Shown here one piece after another: positions 40,590-53,813 of a stretch of 64,000 bases of DNA. A program made the translations under genes and the position numbers. Source of the DNA: Octopus sinensis (Eukaryota); the NCBI RefSeq assembly GCF_006345805.1, contig NC_043016.1, positions 9,176,001 through 9,240,000 of the forward strand, read 5' to 3'. Numbering within the stretch: the stretch's first letter is position 1; each line of letters opens with the position of its first letter. Below the pieces are notes generated by a model that made no database searches, had not been told where the DNA came from, and saw nothing but the letters and a program-made list of their open reading frames with translations.

Positions 40590-40985
40590 TTTTTTTTTCT
40601 TTTACTAGTTTCAGTCATTTGATGGCAGCCATGCTGGAGCACTGCCTTCAACGGGTTTTAGTTGAAGAAATCGACCCCAGGGCTTATTCTTTTTTAAGCC
40701 TAGTACCTATTCTATCACTCTCTTTTGCTGAACTGCTAAGTTATGGGGATGTAAACACATCAACAATGGTTGTTAAAGGGTGATGGGGGACAAGCACAGA
40801 CACACACACACACACACATAGATATATGATGGTTTTTTTTAGTTTCTGTACCAAATCCACCCACAAGGCTTCAGTTGACCTGAGGCTATAGTAGAAGACA
40901 ACTGCCCAAGGTGCCACACATTGGAGCTGAACCCTGAACCACATGGTTGGGAAGTAAGCTTATTACCACAGAGCTACGCAAGTGG
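40590..40985 (-). mobile_element. Family B SINE (diverged)
   Basis: Reverse-complement similarity to other family B copies. Confidence 0.78.
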
Positions 40986-41193
40986 AAAATTATATTAAGT
41001 TAGGCACAGGCATGGCTGTGTGGTAAGAAGTTTGCTTCCCCCAACTACATGTTTTCAGGTTCAATCCCACTGCATAGAACCCTGGGGCAAGTGTCTTCCA
41101 CTATAGGCTTGAACTGACCAAAGACTTATGAGTGTATTTGATAGATAGAAACTCAATGAAGTCCATCATGTACGTATATATATATATATCATG

Positions 41194-41242
<49 letters not shown>

Positions 41243-41829
41243 TATATATATATATATATATATATCATCACCATTGTTATTTGACATCTGCTTTCCATGC
41301 TGGCATGGGTTAGATGGTTTGACTGGAACTGGTAAGTTAAAGAGCTACACCAGGTTCCAGTCTGATTTGACATTGTTTCTATGGCTGGATGCCCTTCCCA
41401 ATGCCAACCACTCCAATGCATGCATGCATGCATCCATATATATATAAATACACACACACACACACACACACATACGTGTGTGTGTGTGTTACTGTCCATT
41501 GCCTTGACATCGCATAATAGTTATAAACAAGTGCCACTATCATACAATGGGTGTCTTTTGTTTCCAATCTTCCATGAAACCACACCTGGTCAGGAGGAAT
41601 ATTACCTTGCGCAGAAGGGCAAATTTGTCCAATCCCTGCATGTATAAGAAAAGTGGACACTGAAACAATGATGATAATGATGACAAAGACACCACCACTG
41701 TTTATTTTAGCCTTGGCACTGAGCTCTTACACACGATGTTTATTAATTTATGATGGACTGAAATTAATTAATGCAGGTGTTAAAAGATAGATAATAAGCC
41801 ATAGATGGATAAAGACAGCACAAGTGGAA

Positions 41830-42420
41830 TCAGCTATGCGTCCCCAAAGTCCATCCCCTCCTCACCGTGGTGGGGATGCTGGTGACAGGTAGTGTCAGAG
41901 CTATGCCGTCGGGAACTTCGGTTCCTGGTAGGGCTACCCAAGGTGGATTGGTCTGACACCGAGTGGTATAAGGGCCACAATCCGGCAGACGGGGCTCTGG
42001 TGAAAATCCTCGGAGTGTCTGTTTCGGTAACTGGTGGCTCTTCGGTCATTCTGTCCCTGCGTCTGCGGACAATCTGCGGCAAACAGGATGTCTCTACATG
42101 CAGGATTGTTGGGGACTGCTTGTGAAATCCACATATTCCCACGAAACTTCTTCCATGAATTCTCAATGGCGAATACAACTGCAACATCGGCCTGCACCGA
42201 TAGAACCGTGACTGGCTCGCTATCTCCAGTGAACTGGCGCAGGACCGTCATGCGTGGGCTGCCATGGTTCGTGATGCCTCAAGGGTGGTAGAAGAAGCCA
42301 ACTCAACCCGTCCAGGGTGAATGTCGCCACAAGTACAAGTAGTAAGCTATGAGCATGACTGGCCTGTCATCTTTTAAAACAGTCCCAATGATGAGGAGGA
42401 TTAGAACGATGATGATGATG
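41830..42420 (+). mobile_element. Probable Tx1/L1-like LINE C-terminal remnant
   Basis: GC-richer island with degraded 'ELCRREL..L...WYKG' and a Cys/His knuckle-like 'CPCVCGQS...LHA'. No intact RT motif. Confidence 0.4.
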
Positions 42421-42779
42421 ATAAAAGCTCTAAGACATCACAGATGAAATGATGTTCTTTTGGTGAAGTGTCACTGGAGATGTATGATCAAGGAAGATAT
42501 GATGTCAGAATTGTTGAAGGCAGACATCAAAAATATGAACACAGAATTGTGATAGGTAACACAATTTATTCACCTAATTCACAACAGCATGAGGAAACAA
42601 ATGCTAAAATGACGATGTAGAAGAGGTCCTTGTGAACTTATCCATTAACTGAAGACGTAATTGTGAAGACTGGCATACGGTAAGTTAGTTACAAGTGACA
42701 TTGTGGAGGGTGACATGGTGGATGGTGACATTGTAGAAGTTAAAATCATTTGAGACATAACATTGTGGTATATGGCATT

Positions 42780-43007
42780 GAGCTGGCAGAAATATTAGCA
42801 TGCCGGGCGAAACGCGTAGCCGTATTTCGTCTGCCGTTACGTTCTGAGTTCAAATTCCGCCGAGGTCGACTTTGCCTTTCATCCTTTCGGGGTCGATAAA
42901 TTAAGTACCAGTTACGCACTGGGGTCGATATAATCGACTTAATCCGTTTGTCTGTCCTTGTTTGTCCCCTCTGTGTTTAGCCCCTTGTTGGTAGTAAAGA
43001 AATAAGT
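42780..43007 (+). mobile_element. Family C SINE
   Basis: Sense copy with B-box-like gagttcaaattcc and Nin-like core. Confidence 0.85.
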
Positions 43008-43372
43008 ATATGGCATTGGGAAAAATGACACCATGGTATGCATCATTGAGGCTGTTGACATTGTGGAATATGATCATGTTGCATGTGGCTGTGCGTGTGT
43101 GTGTGTGTGTGTGCGGGGGGGGGGGGTTTGCAAATATAAAACATACAATGGTTCTTATTGTACATGTATACAAACTGGTGAATATAAGGGAAATATGAGC
43201 CCATTCACACAAACAGATTTATAAACACACACACACACACTATACCAGGTTTCTTTCAGTTGGTCTGCGAGGGCTACAGCAGAAGAAACTTAAGATGCTG
43301 TGCAACAGAATTGAACCTGAGACACATACTGGGAAATGAACTTCTTAACCACACAGCCATACATGTGCTTTT

Positions 43373-43560
43373 TCATCATCATCATCATCATCATCATCAT
43401 CGTTTAATGTCCACTTTCCATGCTAGCATGGGTTGGACGATTTGACTGAGGTCTGGCGAACCAGGCTCCAATCTGATCTGGCAAAGTTTCTACAGCTGGA
43501 TGCCCTTCCTAACGCCAACCACTCAGAGTGTAGTGGGTGCTTTTACGTGCCACTGGCACG
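43373..43560 (-). mobile_element. Family A short retroposon
   Basis: (CAT)n plus body. Confidence 0.8.
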
Positions 43561-43702
43561 AAGGCTTCATAAGAACTAATTCCAAAACAAACAGAATTAG
43601 TTAGCAAACACATACAAACACAGCTCCATTATCTATGCAACAATTAAAGGACACTTATATACCTTTTCCTTCAGATTAAAAAAAAAAAAGGGATTAACTT
43701 AC

Positions 43703-43794
43703 TAGCTTCATCTTGATCACCAACTTCAACTGTGAAACTTCCTACCAACTGTGCGCCCCAGCGTTTCTCATGTACCAACTTTTGAAACTCATTG
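43703..43794 (-). CDS. NIPSNAP: NipSnap homolog, most 5' exon found (92 bp): (x)NEFQKLVHEKRWGAQLVGSFTVEVGDQDEA
   Basis: Acceptor ttttgcag| and donor |gtaagt. Peptide aligns with the NipSnap segment '..LVGNWNTWYGEQDQA'. Phase joins the next exon (A+TT = Ile). Confidence 0.9.
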
Positions 43795-44421
43795 CTGCAA
43801 AATACCATTTAGAAAGAAGATGAAGTAAGATAGCTGAAAAGGGAAGGAAAAAATATGTTTCATTAATATTGCCAATTAAAAAGCAATGTTTTTTCTTCTC
43901 TTTTTTTTATCTTTATCAATTTCTAGCTTTCTTCTGGAATTCACAGCAAACAGACATGAAGAACATTGCATAGTATTTACGTTAAAACTTGTTATACTAT
44001 GCTTGCAAACCCCAAAATTTACCATCATTAAGGTATGAAATTCATTATATGATTTCACTCCATTTCATTTATAAATAAAACACACACACACACTTTGCAT
44101 CAATAAAGTGAACTGTGTAGAAAGTTATGACAAAATTATTTAAAATTACAAAGTGTTTCAATTATATATTTAAATCAACATGATCAAACCAGTAAAATAA
44201 TATACATATATATATATAATCTTAGGATTATTGTTATTATTACTGTACACACGATATTAAATAAGTGATACACAAACCAGCCATATCAGGCCTCACACCT
44301 AACCTACACTGTGTTACGTGGTTAGTTTTAGGAAGAGCATCCAGCTGTAGAACCATGCCAAAGTAGACATAAAACCTGGCGGAGCTCTCTGGGTCGTCTA
44401 TTCTTGTCAAAAAACCACCTA

Positions 44422-44521
44422 NNNNNNNNNNNNNNNNNNNNNNNNNNNNNNNNNNNNNNNNNNNNNNNNNNNNNNNNNNNNNNNNNNNNNNNNNNNNNNN
44501 NNNNNNNNNNNNNNNNNNNNN
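44422..44521. other. Assembly gap (100 N)
   Basis: Run of N; the true gap size is unknown. Confidence 1.
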
Positions 44522-44544
44522 AAATTTAGTTCTGAAATGTTCAG

Positions 44545-44942
44545 CGAGGGATGGCTGTGTGGTAAGTAGCTTGCTTACCAACCAAATGGCTCCGGGTTCA
44601 GTCCCACTGCATGTGTCACCTTGGGTAAGTGTCTTCTACTATAGCTTCGGGCCGACCAAAGCCTTGTGAGTGGATTTGGTAGACGGAAACTGAAAGAAGC
44701 CCGTCGTATATATGCATATATATATATATATGTGTGTGTGTGTGCATTTATGTTTATGTGTCTGTGCTTGACAACTGATGCTGGTGTGTTTACGTCCCCG
44801 TCACTTAGCGGTTAGGCAAAAGAGACCGATAGGATAAGTACTAAGCTTACAAAGAATAAGTCCTGGGGTCGATTTGCTCTACTAAAGGCGGTGCTCCAGC
44901 ATGGCCACAGTCAAATTACTGAAACAAGTAAAAGAATAAAAG
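44545..44942 (+). mobile_element. Family B SINE
   Basis: Full length. Confidence 0.88.
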
Positions 44943-45362
44943 AATAAAGGAAAAGAAAATGTCGAAGCGTATTTTGAAGAACTGGAAAAATCCGCCAATA
45001 CCTGTTTAAATTTCCCGCATTATCATTTAAGGTCTAAGGAGGATAACCCTCTTACTTTTTTTACTTCCTTTTACTTTTACGTTTTCCGTTTTTTTTAATT
45101 TCTACAATTTCTATATGTTTCCTTCTCAACTTTTCGCCTTTCATCTCTCATTCAATTTTTAGTTCGTTATAATATGTAGTTTGTATCTGATGAATGCGTT
45201 TGAGGTATTTCTCAACATATGAAACTGACAGTAGCGCATATAAGCATGAATTGTGTCTATTAAATAATATTTATCTCTCACAAGATGGAATACTTTTTTG
45301 CTGATCTTACCATCACGGAACAGTACATTAAGCGTGTGTGTGCAGGGGTGCATGTATGTATG

Positions 45363-45403
<41 letters not shown>

Positions 45404-45408
45404 ATGTA

Positions 45409-45441
<33 letters not shown>

Positions 45442-45445
45442 CATA

Positions 45446-46000
45446 TATTATGAGAATTGAAGCTCCCCAAAGGTCAATCACAAAAAAGATAGATGGCATG
45501 TCAGACCTTGATTACTGGGGTACACTAGAGAAGCTGAAATTGTTTTCACTCCAACGACGCCGTGAACGCTACATTATCTGTATGATGTGGAAAATATTTC
45601 ATCAGCACTGTCCGAATGATGTTGGCATCACCTTCAAAATACATCCAAGGCTTGGACCACGTGCCATCCGTCCACAACAAAAATCTAAATCGCATCACAT
45701 AACAACAATACGGCACAATTATTTCACCTCAATTCGACCCGCTCTCTTCAACATTACACCAGGACACGTCAAAACAGAAACTGACCACAACAAAATTCAA
45801 GAAGTCTTTGGACAAATTCCTTCAAACAGTCCCGGACAAACCACCCCCAACCCGGATATGTCTCCGCAAACAATAACATCTCTGCTCGAATGGGCCTCGG
45901 TGCCCAAATCCTGAATTGAAAGACTTCGCCAGGTGGTGCTATTAAGTTAGACGTGCCTGGTCAATACTGGCCAAAACCTTTCTAAGTTATTTCTAAGTTA
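45446..46000 (+). mobile_element. 5'-truncated 3'-end copy of LINE A family, inverted relative to 46121-46680
   Basis: Same C-terminal coding sequence (MRIEAPQRSITKKIDG...LLEWASVPKS) and same tail as LINE A. Confidence 0.92.
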
Positions 46001-46035
46001 TATATATATGTATATATATATATAAATGATATATA

Positions 46036-46120
<85 letters not shown>

Positions 46121-46122
<2 letters not shown>

Positions 46123-49100
46123 ACTTAGAAATAACTTAGAAAGTTTTAGCCAGTATTGGCCCAGGCCATGTCTAACTTAATAGCACCACCTGGCGAAGTC
46201 TTTCAATTCAGGACTTGGGCACCGAGGCCCATTCGAGCAGAGAGTTATTGTTTGCGGAGACATATCCGGGTGTGGGTGGTTTGTCCGGGACTGTTTGAAG
46301 GAATTTGTCCAAAGACTTCTTGAATTTTGTGTGGTCAGTTTCTGTTTTGACGTGTCCTGGTGTAATGTTGAAGAGAGCGGGTCGAATTGAGGTGAAATAA
46401 TTGTGCCGTATTGTTGTTATGAGATGCGATTTAGATTTTTGTTGTGGACGGATGGCACGTGGTCCAAGCCTTGGATGTATTTTGAAGGTAATGCCAACAT
46501 CATTCGGACAGTGCTGATGAAATATTTTCCACATCATACAGATAATGTAGCGTTCACGGCGTCGTTGGAGTGAAAACAATTTCAGCTTCTCTAGTCTACC
46601 GCAGTAGTCGAGGTCAGACATGCCATCTATCTTTTTTGTGATTGACCTTTGGGGAGCTTCAATTCTCATAATACTTTGTTTCGTGTAGAGAAACCACAGT
46701 GGACAGCAGTATTCAAGGTGGGGTCGGGCAGAAGTGGAGAGAGAAGAGGATAAGATGGGTGTGGGGAATCTCTCGACTGGAAGGTTCTGAGAATCCAGGA
46801 ACACATTCTGCGGACCATGTCAACTTTGCTGCTTATATGTGTAGCCCAGCTTATGTTGTTGTCCACTGTTACTCCCAAGTCTCTGATGTTGTTAGACGCC
46901 ATGAGAATTTCTCCAGAAGGAAGGGAGTATGGGAGTTTCAGAGCGTCCTCCCTTCCAAAGTGGATCAGTTCGAATTTATCTTCGTTTAGCAACATGTTGT
47001 TCTTTTCCGCCCATTGGACAACAGCCAGTAGGTCTGACTGAAGGCTTATTCGGTCATCCACGCCATTGATGACCTTCTGGAGCTTGGAATCATCAGCGAA
47101 GGTTCTGATGTTACTGTGTTTGATGGTGTTAGTAATATCATTAATGCAGATGATGAAGAGAAGTGAGCCCAACACAGTGCCTTGTGGGACACCATTACTA
47201 ACTTTGGCTGGACTGGATTTGACTCCTTCAACTACAACATGTTGGGTTCTTTAGACAGGAAGCACTTGATCCACTTCAGCAGCTTTCCAGTGATATCAAT
47301 ATTGGACAGCTTTCTCAAAAGGATCTTATGATCAACCCTGTCAAAGGCCTGCTGAAATCAAGGTAGATGACATCAGTGTTGGAACCCTCTCCCAAGGCTC
47401 TCAAAATGTCATCAAAATGATGCAGTAGCTGCGTCAGGCAATCCTTCCATTATGGAATCCATGCTGGTTGGAGTTCAGCATATTATGACTCTCAAGGAAT
47501 TGAGTCATACGCGATCTCAGCACTCTCTCAAATACCTTAATGATATGAGAGGTGAGTGAGATTGGACGGTAATTCACGGCAAGCGATTTGTTTTCTTTTT
47601 TGAAAACTGGGACAACAGACTGGGATAGAAGGTCTTCTGGTATATATCCAGCATCCAGTGAGTTCCGCCACAGATTGGCTAGAGGGGGTGCAAGTTGGTT
47701 GACACATCTTCAAGACACAAGCAGGGAACCTATCGGGACCTACTGCTGAATTATGCTTCATTTCCTTTATTGCTGCTAAGACATCAGGAGCGCCAAAGGT
47801 TATGTCCGATAAAGTGTATTGGGGAGTAACATCACTGATACAGCCCAGATCAGTCATATCAGGATTGCTGAAAACAGAGCAGTATTGTTTCTGCAATATC
47901 TCTCCCATGGTTTTGGCATTGTCTTGAAGAGTACCATTTTCATCAATCAGGGGGCCAACAGTAGAACCAGTGACTCTGTGTTTTTTTGCAAATGAAAAGA
48001 ATACTTTGGGATTGAGTTTGATCTTCTCAATGGCCCAGGCCTCTTCAGCTCTTCTCTGACTATTGATGATAGACATCATGTTGTTTTGGAGTTTATGTTT
48101 TTTAATCTCTAGCGACGAGATGGCAGTCAGGTTGGTGTGTTGCTGTTGACAGTATTTCAGCTTGTTGATTTTTTTGTTAATTCTTTTAATTTTCCTGATG
48201 AGAGATTTTCTATTTTAGGGATCGACACTTAGATTTGTTGCAGATCTTAATGGGGTGTGTTTGCACATATGTTCGTAATGGTGTCTAAATGACTGCCATG
48301 ACTTTTGATGTTTTTGATGTTAGTGGGTGTGGATGTGGCGTGAAGGACCAATCGACTTGTGCAAGATCGCTTCCCAGTTTGCATTGTGGAAATCCATAGT
48401 GTCAAATGGATGAACAGGAGGGATGACATTTGTTTTGCATTTTGGCCAGTGAAATCTCAGATCACAGAGAACCATGTCGTGATCAGAAAGTAGAGTTTTC
48501 TCCACTGCAATATTGTGGATAGTATCAGTGTGATTGCTGAAAATTAAGTCTAGGACGTTTTTGTGACATCTCGTTGGTTTGAGCACCAGTTGGGACAGGA
48601 AGAAATCATCCATGAAGTCAAGAAGCGATTCCACTGCCTCCCTGTCAGGGTTTGAGAGAGAAGAACCTGGCGGCAGACTGTTTGTAGACCAGTCAACCCC
48701 GGGAAGGTTGACACTGCTGAATGAAACACTTTATGTTGTTGAGGCATTCCTTGAAGCATGGTAGGGGCGTTTGGGGTGGTCTGTAGCGCCCAACTACTGT
48801 TAAGTTGTTGGTTTGACTGAATACAGCGACTGCTTCGCAGTATCCATTGGAAGTATGTTCATAGCCTCTGTTGAGAATGTATCATGAACATAAATGGCAG
48901 TCCCACCCTTTCTTCTGCCAGCGCGATCAGCATGAATGGCTTTGAAATTTTTCACTTTCACCTCGGCTTCCAAGTTGAGGTTACTAAGATGGGTTTCAGT
49001 GAGGACGAAGAAAGGGATGTGGTTTGGATGGGCATCGACCCAGTCCTCCAGGAATTTTATCTTCCATTTTTGAGTATTGGTGGAAGGGCTGATGCCCTGG

Positions 49101-49290
49101 GCATTAAGCAAAAATGTTGAGGCGAGAGTGGATGATTTAAATTGTTTTGGTGTTTTGTTTATTTGTTTGCTTTTTAATGACATGTGCAGTGGGGTGATAC
49201 TGGTGGATGGTGGTGGGTGATAGCTCGGATGTTTTTTTCCAGTTCTTTTGCTAGATTCATTATAGCTAAAAAAGAGAAAGAAGAAGTTTC
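46121..49290 (-). mobile_element. CR1-clade LINE A, near-complete ORF2 (APE + RT) with many frameshifts
   Basis: APE motifs (LNAQG, LTETHL, YRPP, LDLIFSN) and RT motifs (GPD, NYRPISLTSH, QHGF, GVPQG, FADDSK, RPHLEYC, LQRRRERY). 3' tail is a (TTCTAAGTTAT)-type repeat. Confidence 0.92.
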
Positions 49291-49439
49291 CTGTCTAAGG
49301 AACTCTAGGTGACTGTGGTTGTGGTTATTTTTATATGAGTCGTAGGTTTTTTGTTTCTATTTTTCATTTTTATTATCATTTGTCCGACGAGTCCGGGAGA
49401 TGGGTAAAGGGGCAATCCTGTGCAAACACAATCTGTCTC

Positions 49440-49459
49440 GCTATATATATGTATGTATG

Positions 49460-49503
<44 letters not shown>

Positions 49504-49525
49504 TATATATATATATAGATATATG

Positions 49526-49556
<31 letters not shown>

Positions 49557-49629
49557 GTATGTATATATATAATGTATGTATAATATATATATATATGTAT
49601 GTATATATATAATATATATATTATATATA

Positions 49630-49682
<53 letters not shown>

Positions 49683-49717
49683 CATATATATATATACATA
49701 CATATATATAATATATA

Positions 49718-49755
<38 letters not shown>
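49440..49755. repeat. (TA)n compound microsatellite
   Basis: Direct inspection. Other long (TA)n tracts at 26-70, 15030-15097, 53640-53812 and 58538-58702. Confidence 0.9.
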
Positions 49756-49757
<2 letters not shown>

Positions 49758-49785
49758 AAAGGGTGGAAAGGAACACACGAGTTGA

Positions 49786-50256
49786 TATATATGAAAAAAC
49801 AAGTCAAAAAATAGAAAATGCTAAGATGATTTTATAGTGAATCTTTCAGTACCGGTTTCGGTCATTTTGAGACCTTTTCAACTGTAACGATTAAATAATT
49901 AAATTTTGAAAAATTTAGAAAAATTAGAAGAAAGGTTTTTTAAAGGAATTACTTCCATAGTAGTGGTTCAGATATGTGGCATTCTGTCTTTCTCTGACTC
50001 CTTGTTTGCACATGGTGTATTCGAGGTCGTACACAAGTGCAAACAAGGGAGAGTCAGAGAAAGGCAGAATGCCACATATATCTGAACACTACTATGGAAG
50101 TATTCCTTAAAAAAACCTTTCTTCTAATTTTTCTATTTTTTCAAAATTAATTATTAATCGTTACAGTTGAAAAGGTCCAAAATGACCGAAACCGGTACTG
50201 AAAGATTCACTATAAAATCATCTTAGCATTTTCTATTTTTGACTTGTTTTTCATAT
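49786..50256. repeat. ~470-bp foldback (arms ~225 bp) with one hammerhead-like motif per arm
   Basis: Near-perfect reverse-complement arms centred near 50024. Confidence 0.92.
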
Positions 50257-50711
50257 ATATATATATATATATATATACTATATATATATATATATAGTTA
50301 TCCAAACAAGAAAACACAAAAAAACACAACAACAACGCGAGGACGTGGAACAAATAAAGTATTATTGGACGCTCAGGAAAGAAGGAAAGGAGGGATTAAC
50401 GTTTCGAGCGGAGCTCTTCGTCGGAACATAGAGAAAGAAAGATCCCGAGAAGGAAAGACAGAGGAAAAAAATCGCCAGCGGTACTCACGAGGTCTATATA
50501 TATATATATATATATATATAATACTTTTTTTATTCTTTTACTTGTTTCAGTCATATGACTGCGGCCATGCTGGAGCAGTGCCTTTAGTCGAGCAAATCGA
50601 CCCCGGAACTTATTCTTTGTAAGCCTAGTACTTATTCTATCGGTCTCTTTTGCCGAACCGCTAATTACGGGGACGTAACCACACCATAGATATATATATA
50701 TATATATATAT

Positions 50712-53575
50712 AAATCCTTAAATCCTTAAAAATGTTTCAGTCCGAAGGCCGCGGCCATGCTGGGGCACCACAGCTGAATGAGCTACACTAATATGTGAAT
50801 CCACCTCTGATACGTGGCACTTGATCAACAAGGGAGTTCGATGCCGCTGCCCGCATCTGTGTCTCCTGTCGTGAGGTAGGTTCATCTGGGACCCCCGACA
50901 AGAAGAGATTCAGTTTAGTTTTAAAGAAACCCACATCCACACCATGTAAGTCTCTCAGGCATTTAGGGAGGATATTAAAGAGCTATGGTCCTCTGAAACC
51001 CAAGCTGTTACAGTATCTGGACCTGTATTTTGATAGTGATGTTGGAATCTTTGGCACCATGCAGTGGCGCCCCGTTCTGCGGTTGGGGTAACTTTGAATG
51101 CCAAAGTTTTGGAGAAAGACCCTCCAGGATCTTCCAGACGTACATCACCGCATATCTATCCCGCCTTCGCTCCAGGGAGAAGAGGTTTAATACTTTCAGT
51201 CTTTCCCAGTAGCTGATATTTTGCATTGAGACGATCTTTGTGTAGCTTCTTTGAATTGCTTCGAGTTCTGCTGTTAGTTTTATATTGTGTGGTGACCATA
51301 GTTGGGAGCAGTCGTCCAAGCGGCTGAGGACGAATGTTTTCCATAGGACCATCAGTGTCTCCTTCTCTCTTGTTCTGAAAGTTCGGAGAATCCATCCAGC
51401 TAGCCATCTGCATTTTATCACCAGATTAGTAATATGCACTTGGAAAGATGCATCATTGCTCATGTCAATGCCCAGGTCACGCACTGATTTTGACTCAGGG
51501 ATTGCAATTCTTCCTGGGCCAGTGTATCCAGTCTGCACGTCATTTACCTTTGTGTGCCGGTAGCGCAGGGCCTGGAACTTACCTGCATTAAACTGCATGT
51601 TGTTGTCCTCAGCCCACCTGTATATTGTATCCAACTCCTGTTGCAGATGCGCAATATTTTCAGGGTTTTGTATTGTGTGGGAGACTTTTGTGTCATCTGC
51701 ATAGCTAGCAAGGGTGGCCATCGTAGCAACTGAGGGCATGTCTGAAAGGGCCACTATGAACAGCAGTGGCCCCCAAGACAGTGCCCTGTGGAACACCGCT
51801 TGTTATTTGTGTTTCCTTGGAGGTGGCTCCCTTTTGTCTTTTAGGAAGTTGTGCAGCCACTCTCCAAGTTTTCTGCCTATGCCAAGACCACGCAGTTTGT
51901 GACAGATCATACCGTGGTCGACTTTATCAAAGGCTTTTGCAAAGTCGAGATATATTACATCCACATTTGAGCCATTTAGTAGCTGTTTCAACACCCAGTC
52001 ATAGTGTTGCAGGAGCTGTGTTAGGCAGCTTTTACCTGGTCGAAATCCATGCTGGGTGTCAGACAGCAAGTCATTTTCTTCAAGGAACATGATTAGTTTC
52101 TTGCGGACTATTCGTTCCATGACTTTGCTGATGTGTGAGGTCAGAGAGATAGGCCTATAATTTTTAGCATCTGCTCTGCTACCTCCCTTATAGATAGGGC
52201 ATATTACCCCCTCTTTCAATTTGACTGGGAGCTTACCACTTGCAAGAAAGCTCTGAAAAAGAAGCTGTAGCGGCTTTGCAAGGGTTCGTTTGCACGATTT
52301 GAGAAGGATCGCAGGAAATCCATCAGGTCCAGCAGCTGAGTTTGTGTCAATCTTATCTATGGCTAGTGTGATATCATCATTTTCAATGTTGATGTACTCA
52401 ATTTTTGCCTCTTTAGCCGCAGGTAAAGTGGCAAGTGGCAAAGAATTCTTCTGGGTTGTTTGCTTGCCTGTGTCCTAGAGGTGTAGTGAACACACTTTGG
52501 AATTGTTCGTTCAGTATTTCACTTATCCTCGTGGGGTTTCCGGTGAGAGAGCCATCTTTTTGGAAGAGAGGTCCTATTCTCTGGTGCACTGTGGCTGTCT
52601 CTTTGGCAAACTTAAAGAAAGCTTTAGGGTTTGATTTTATATTTTCTATTACCCAAGCTTCTTTATCTGTTCTCTCCTTTTCATGGGACTGATGCAGACT
52701 TTTCTCAATTTCCATTAGCATTGTCTCGAGCCGAGAATTCTCACCACTTTTGGTGTGCTTGCTCAGGCGGTTCGCAATCCTTGTCCGTCGTCTCATAAGA
52801 ATCTTCCTTTCTCTAGGGATCCTGTTTTTGTTTTTGTGTGTGCTGGCCCTGCACACTGGGACATATTTTTCACATATGGCTTATATTATGGACATGAAGT
52901 GTTTGTGTTTCATGTTAATGTCCGGCGTGGAGAGACATTTAGGCCAATCCTGTTTGAGGATCTCTTTCTCAATCAACTTCCAGTTTGCTTTATGAAAGTT
53001 TAAGTTGGAGAGATGGTGGATGCTTCGTATAGGCTGTGTGTCTACGGGGGCTTTTGGTCCATACATAGACAGCTCTATTATGATATGATCCGAGATCATT
53101 GTCGGCATCACTTTAACATTATGGATAATATCCATATTGTTTGTGAAGCAGAGATCCAGTATATTATCTGCCCTTGTTGGTTGCAGAACTATTTGCTCCA
53201 TGAAAGAGGCATTTTTGAGATGGAGCAGGGACTCTGCCTGTGCCTGCTGATGGTGTGTCATCCCTAAGAGCATCTGCCCCCCCCCCCAGGCCATTCTACA
53301 TTGGGGAAGTTAAAGTCACCCATGAAGAATACACTGTTGTGTTGTTCAAGGTTGGTGAGGACTTCTCCTATTTTTGTTAGGCAGTCTTCAAACATGCCTG
53401 AGTGTTTTGGGGCATCTGGTGGGCGATATGTAGTGCATATGACGATATTCAGTTGTCTTATGTGTACAATTTGAGTGTCACACACTGAGTTTGAATATGA
53501 CAACAGGACCTGGGTGTGAAGTTATCTCGGATGTACATTGCAACTCCAGCATGGCTCCTACCTTTTCTATCTGAG
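50712..53575 (-). mobile_element. CR1-clade LINE B (different subfamily), APE + RT, degraded
   Basis: TYRPP, MGDFNFP, TRADNILDL, GPDGFP, NYRPISLTSHISK, QHGFRPGKSC, YLDFAKAFDKVDH, SGVPQG, YADDTK and SLERRRDRY. 3' tail is (ATTTAAGG)n. Confidence 0.92.
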
Positions 53576-53650
53576 CGTATGACTGCATATTGCGGCATGT
53601 GTATTTCTGCGGCCATGCTGGAGCACCGCCTTTAGTCATATATATATATG

Positions 53651-53699
<49 letters not shown>

Positions 53700-53719
53700 T
53701 GTATCTATATATGTATGTA

Positions 53720-53813
<94 letters not shown>

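Noticed and set aside
45285-45914. 209-aa ORF
   Set aside because: Chimera of unique sequence, microsatellite and the inverted LINE tail; not a gene.
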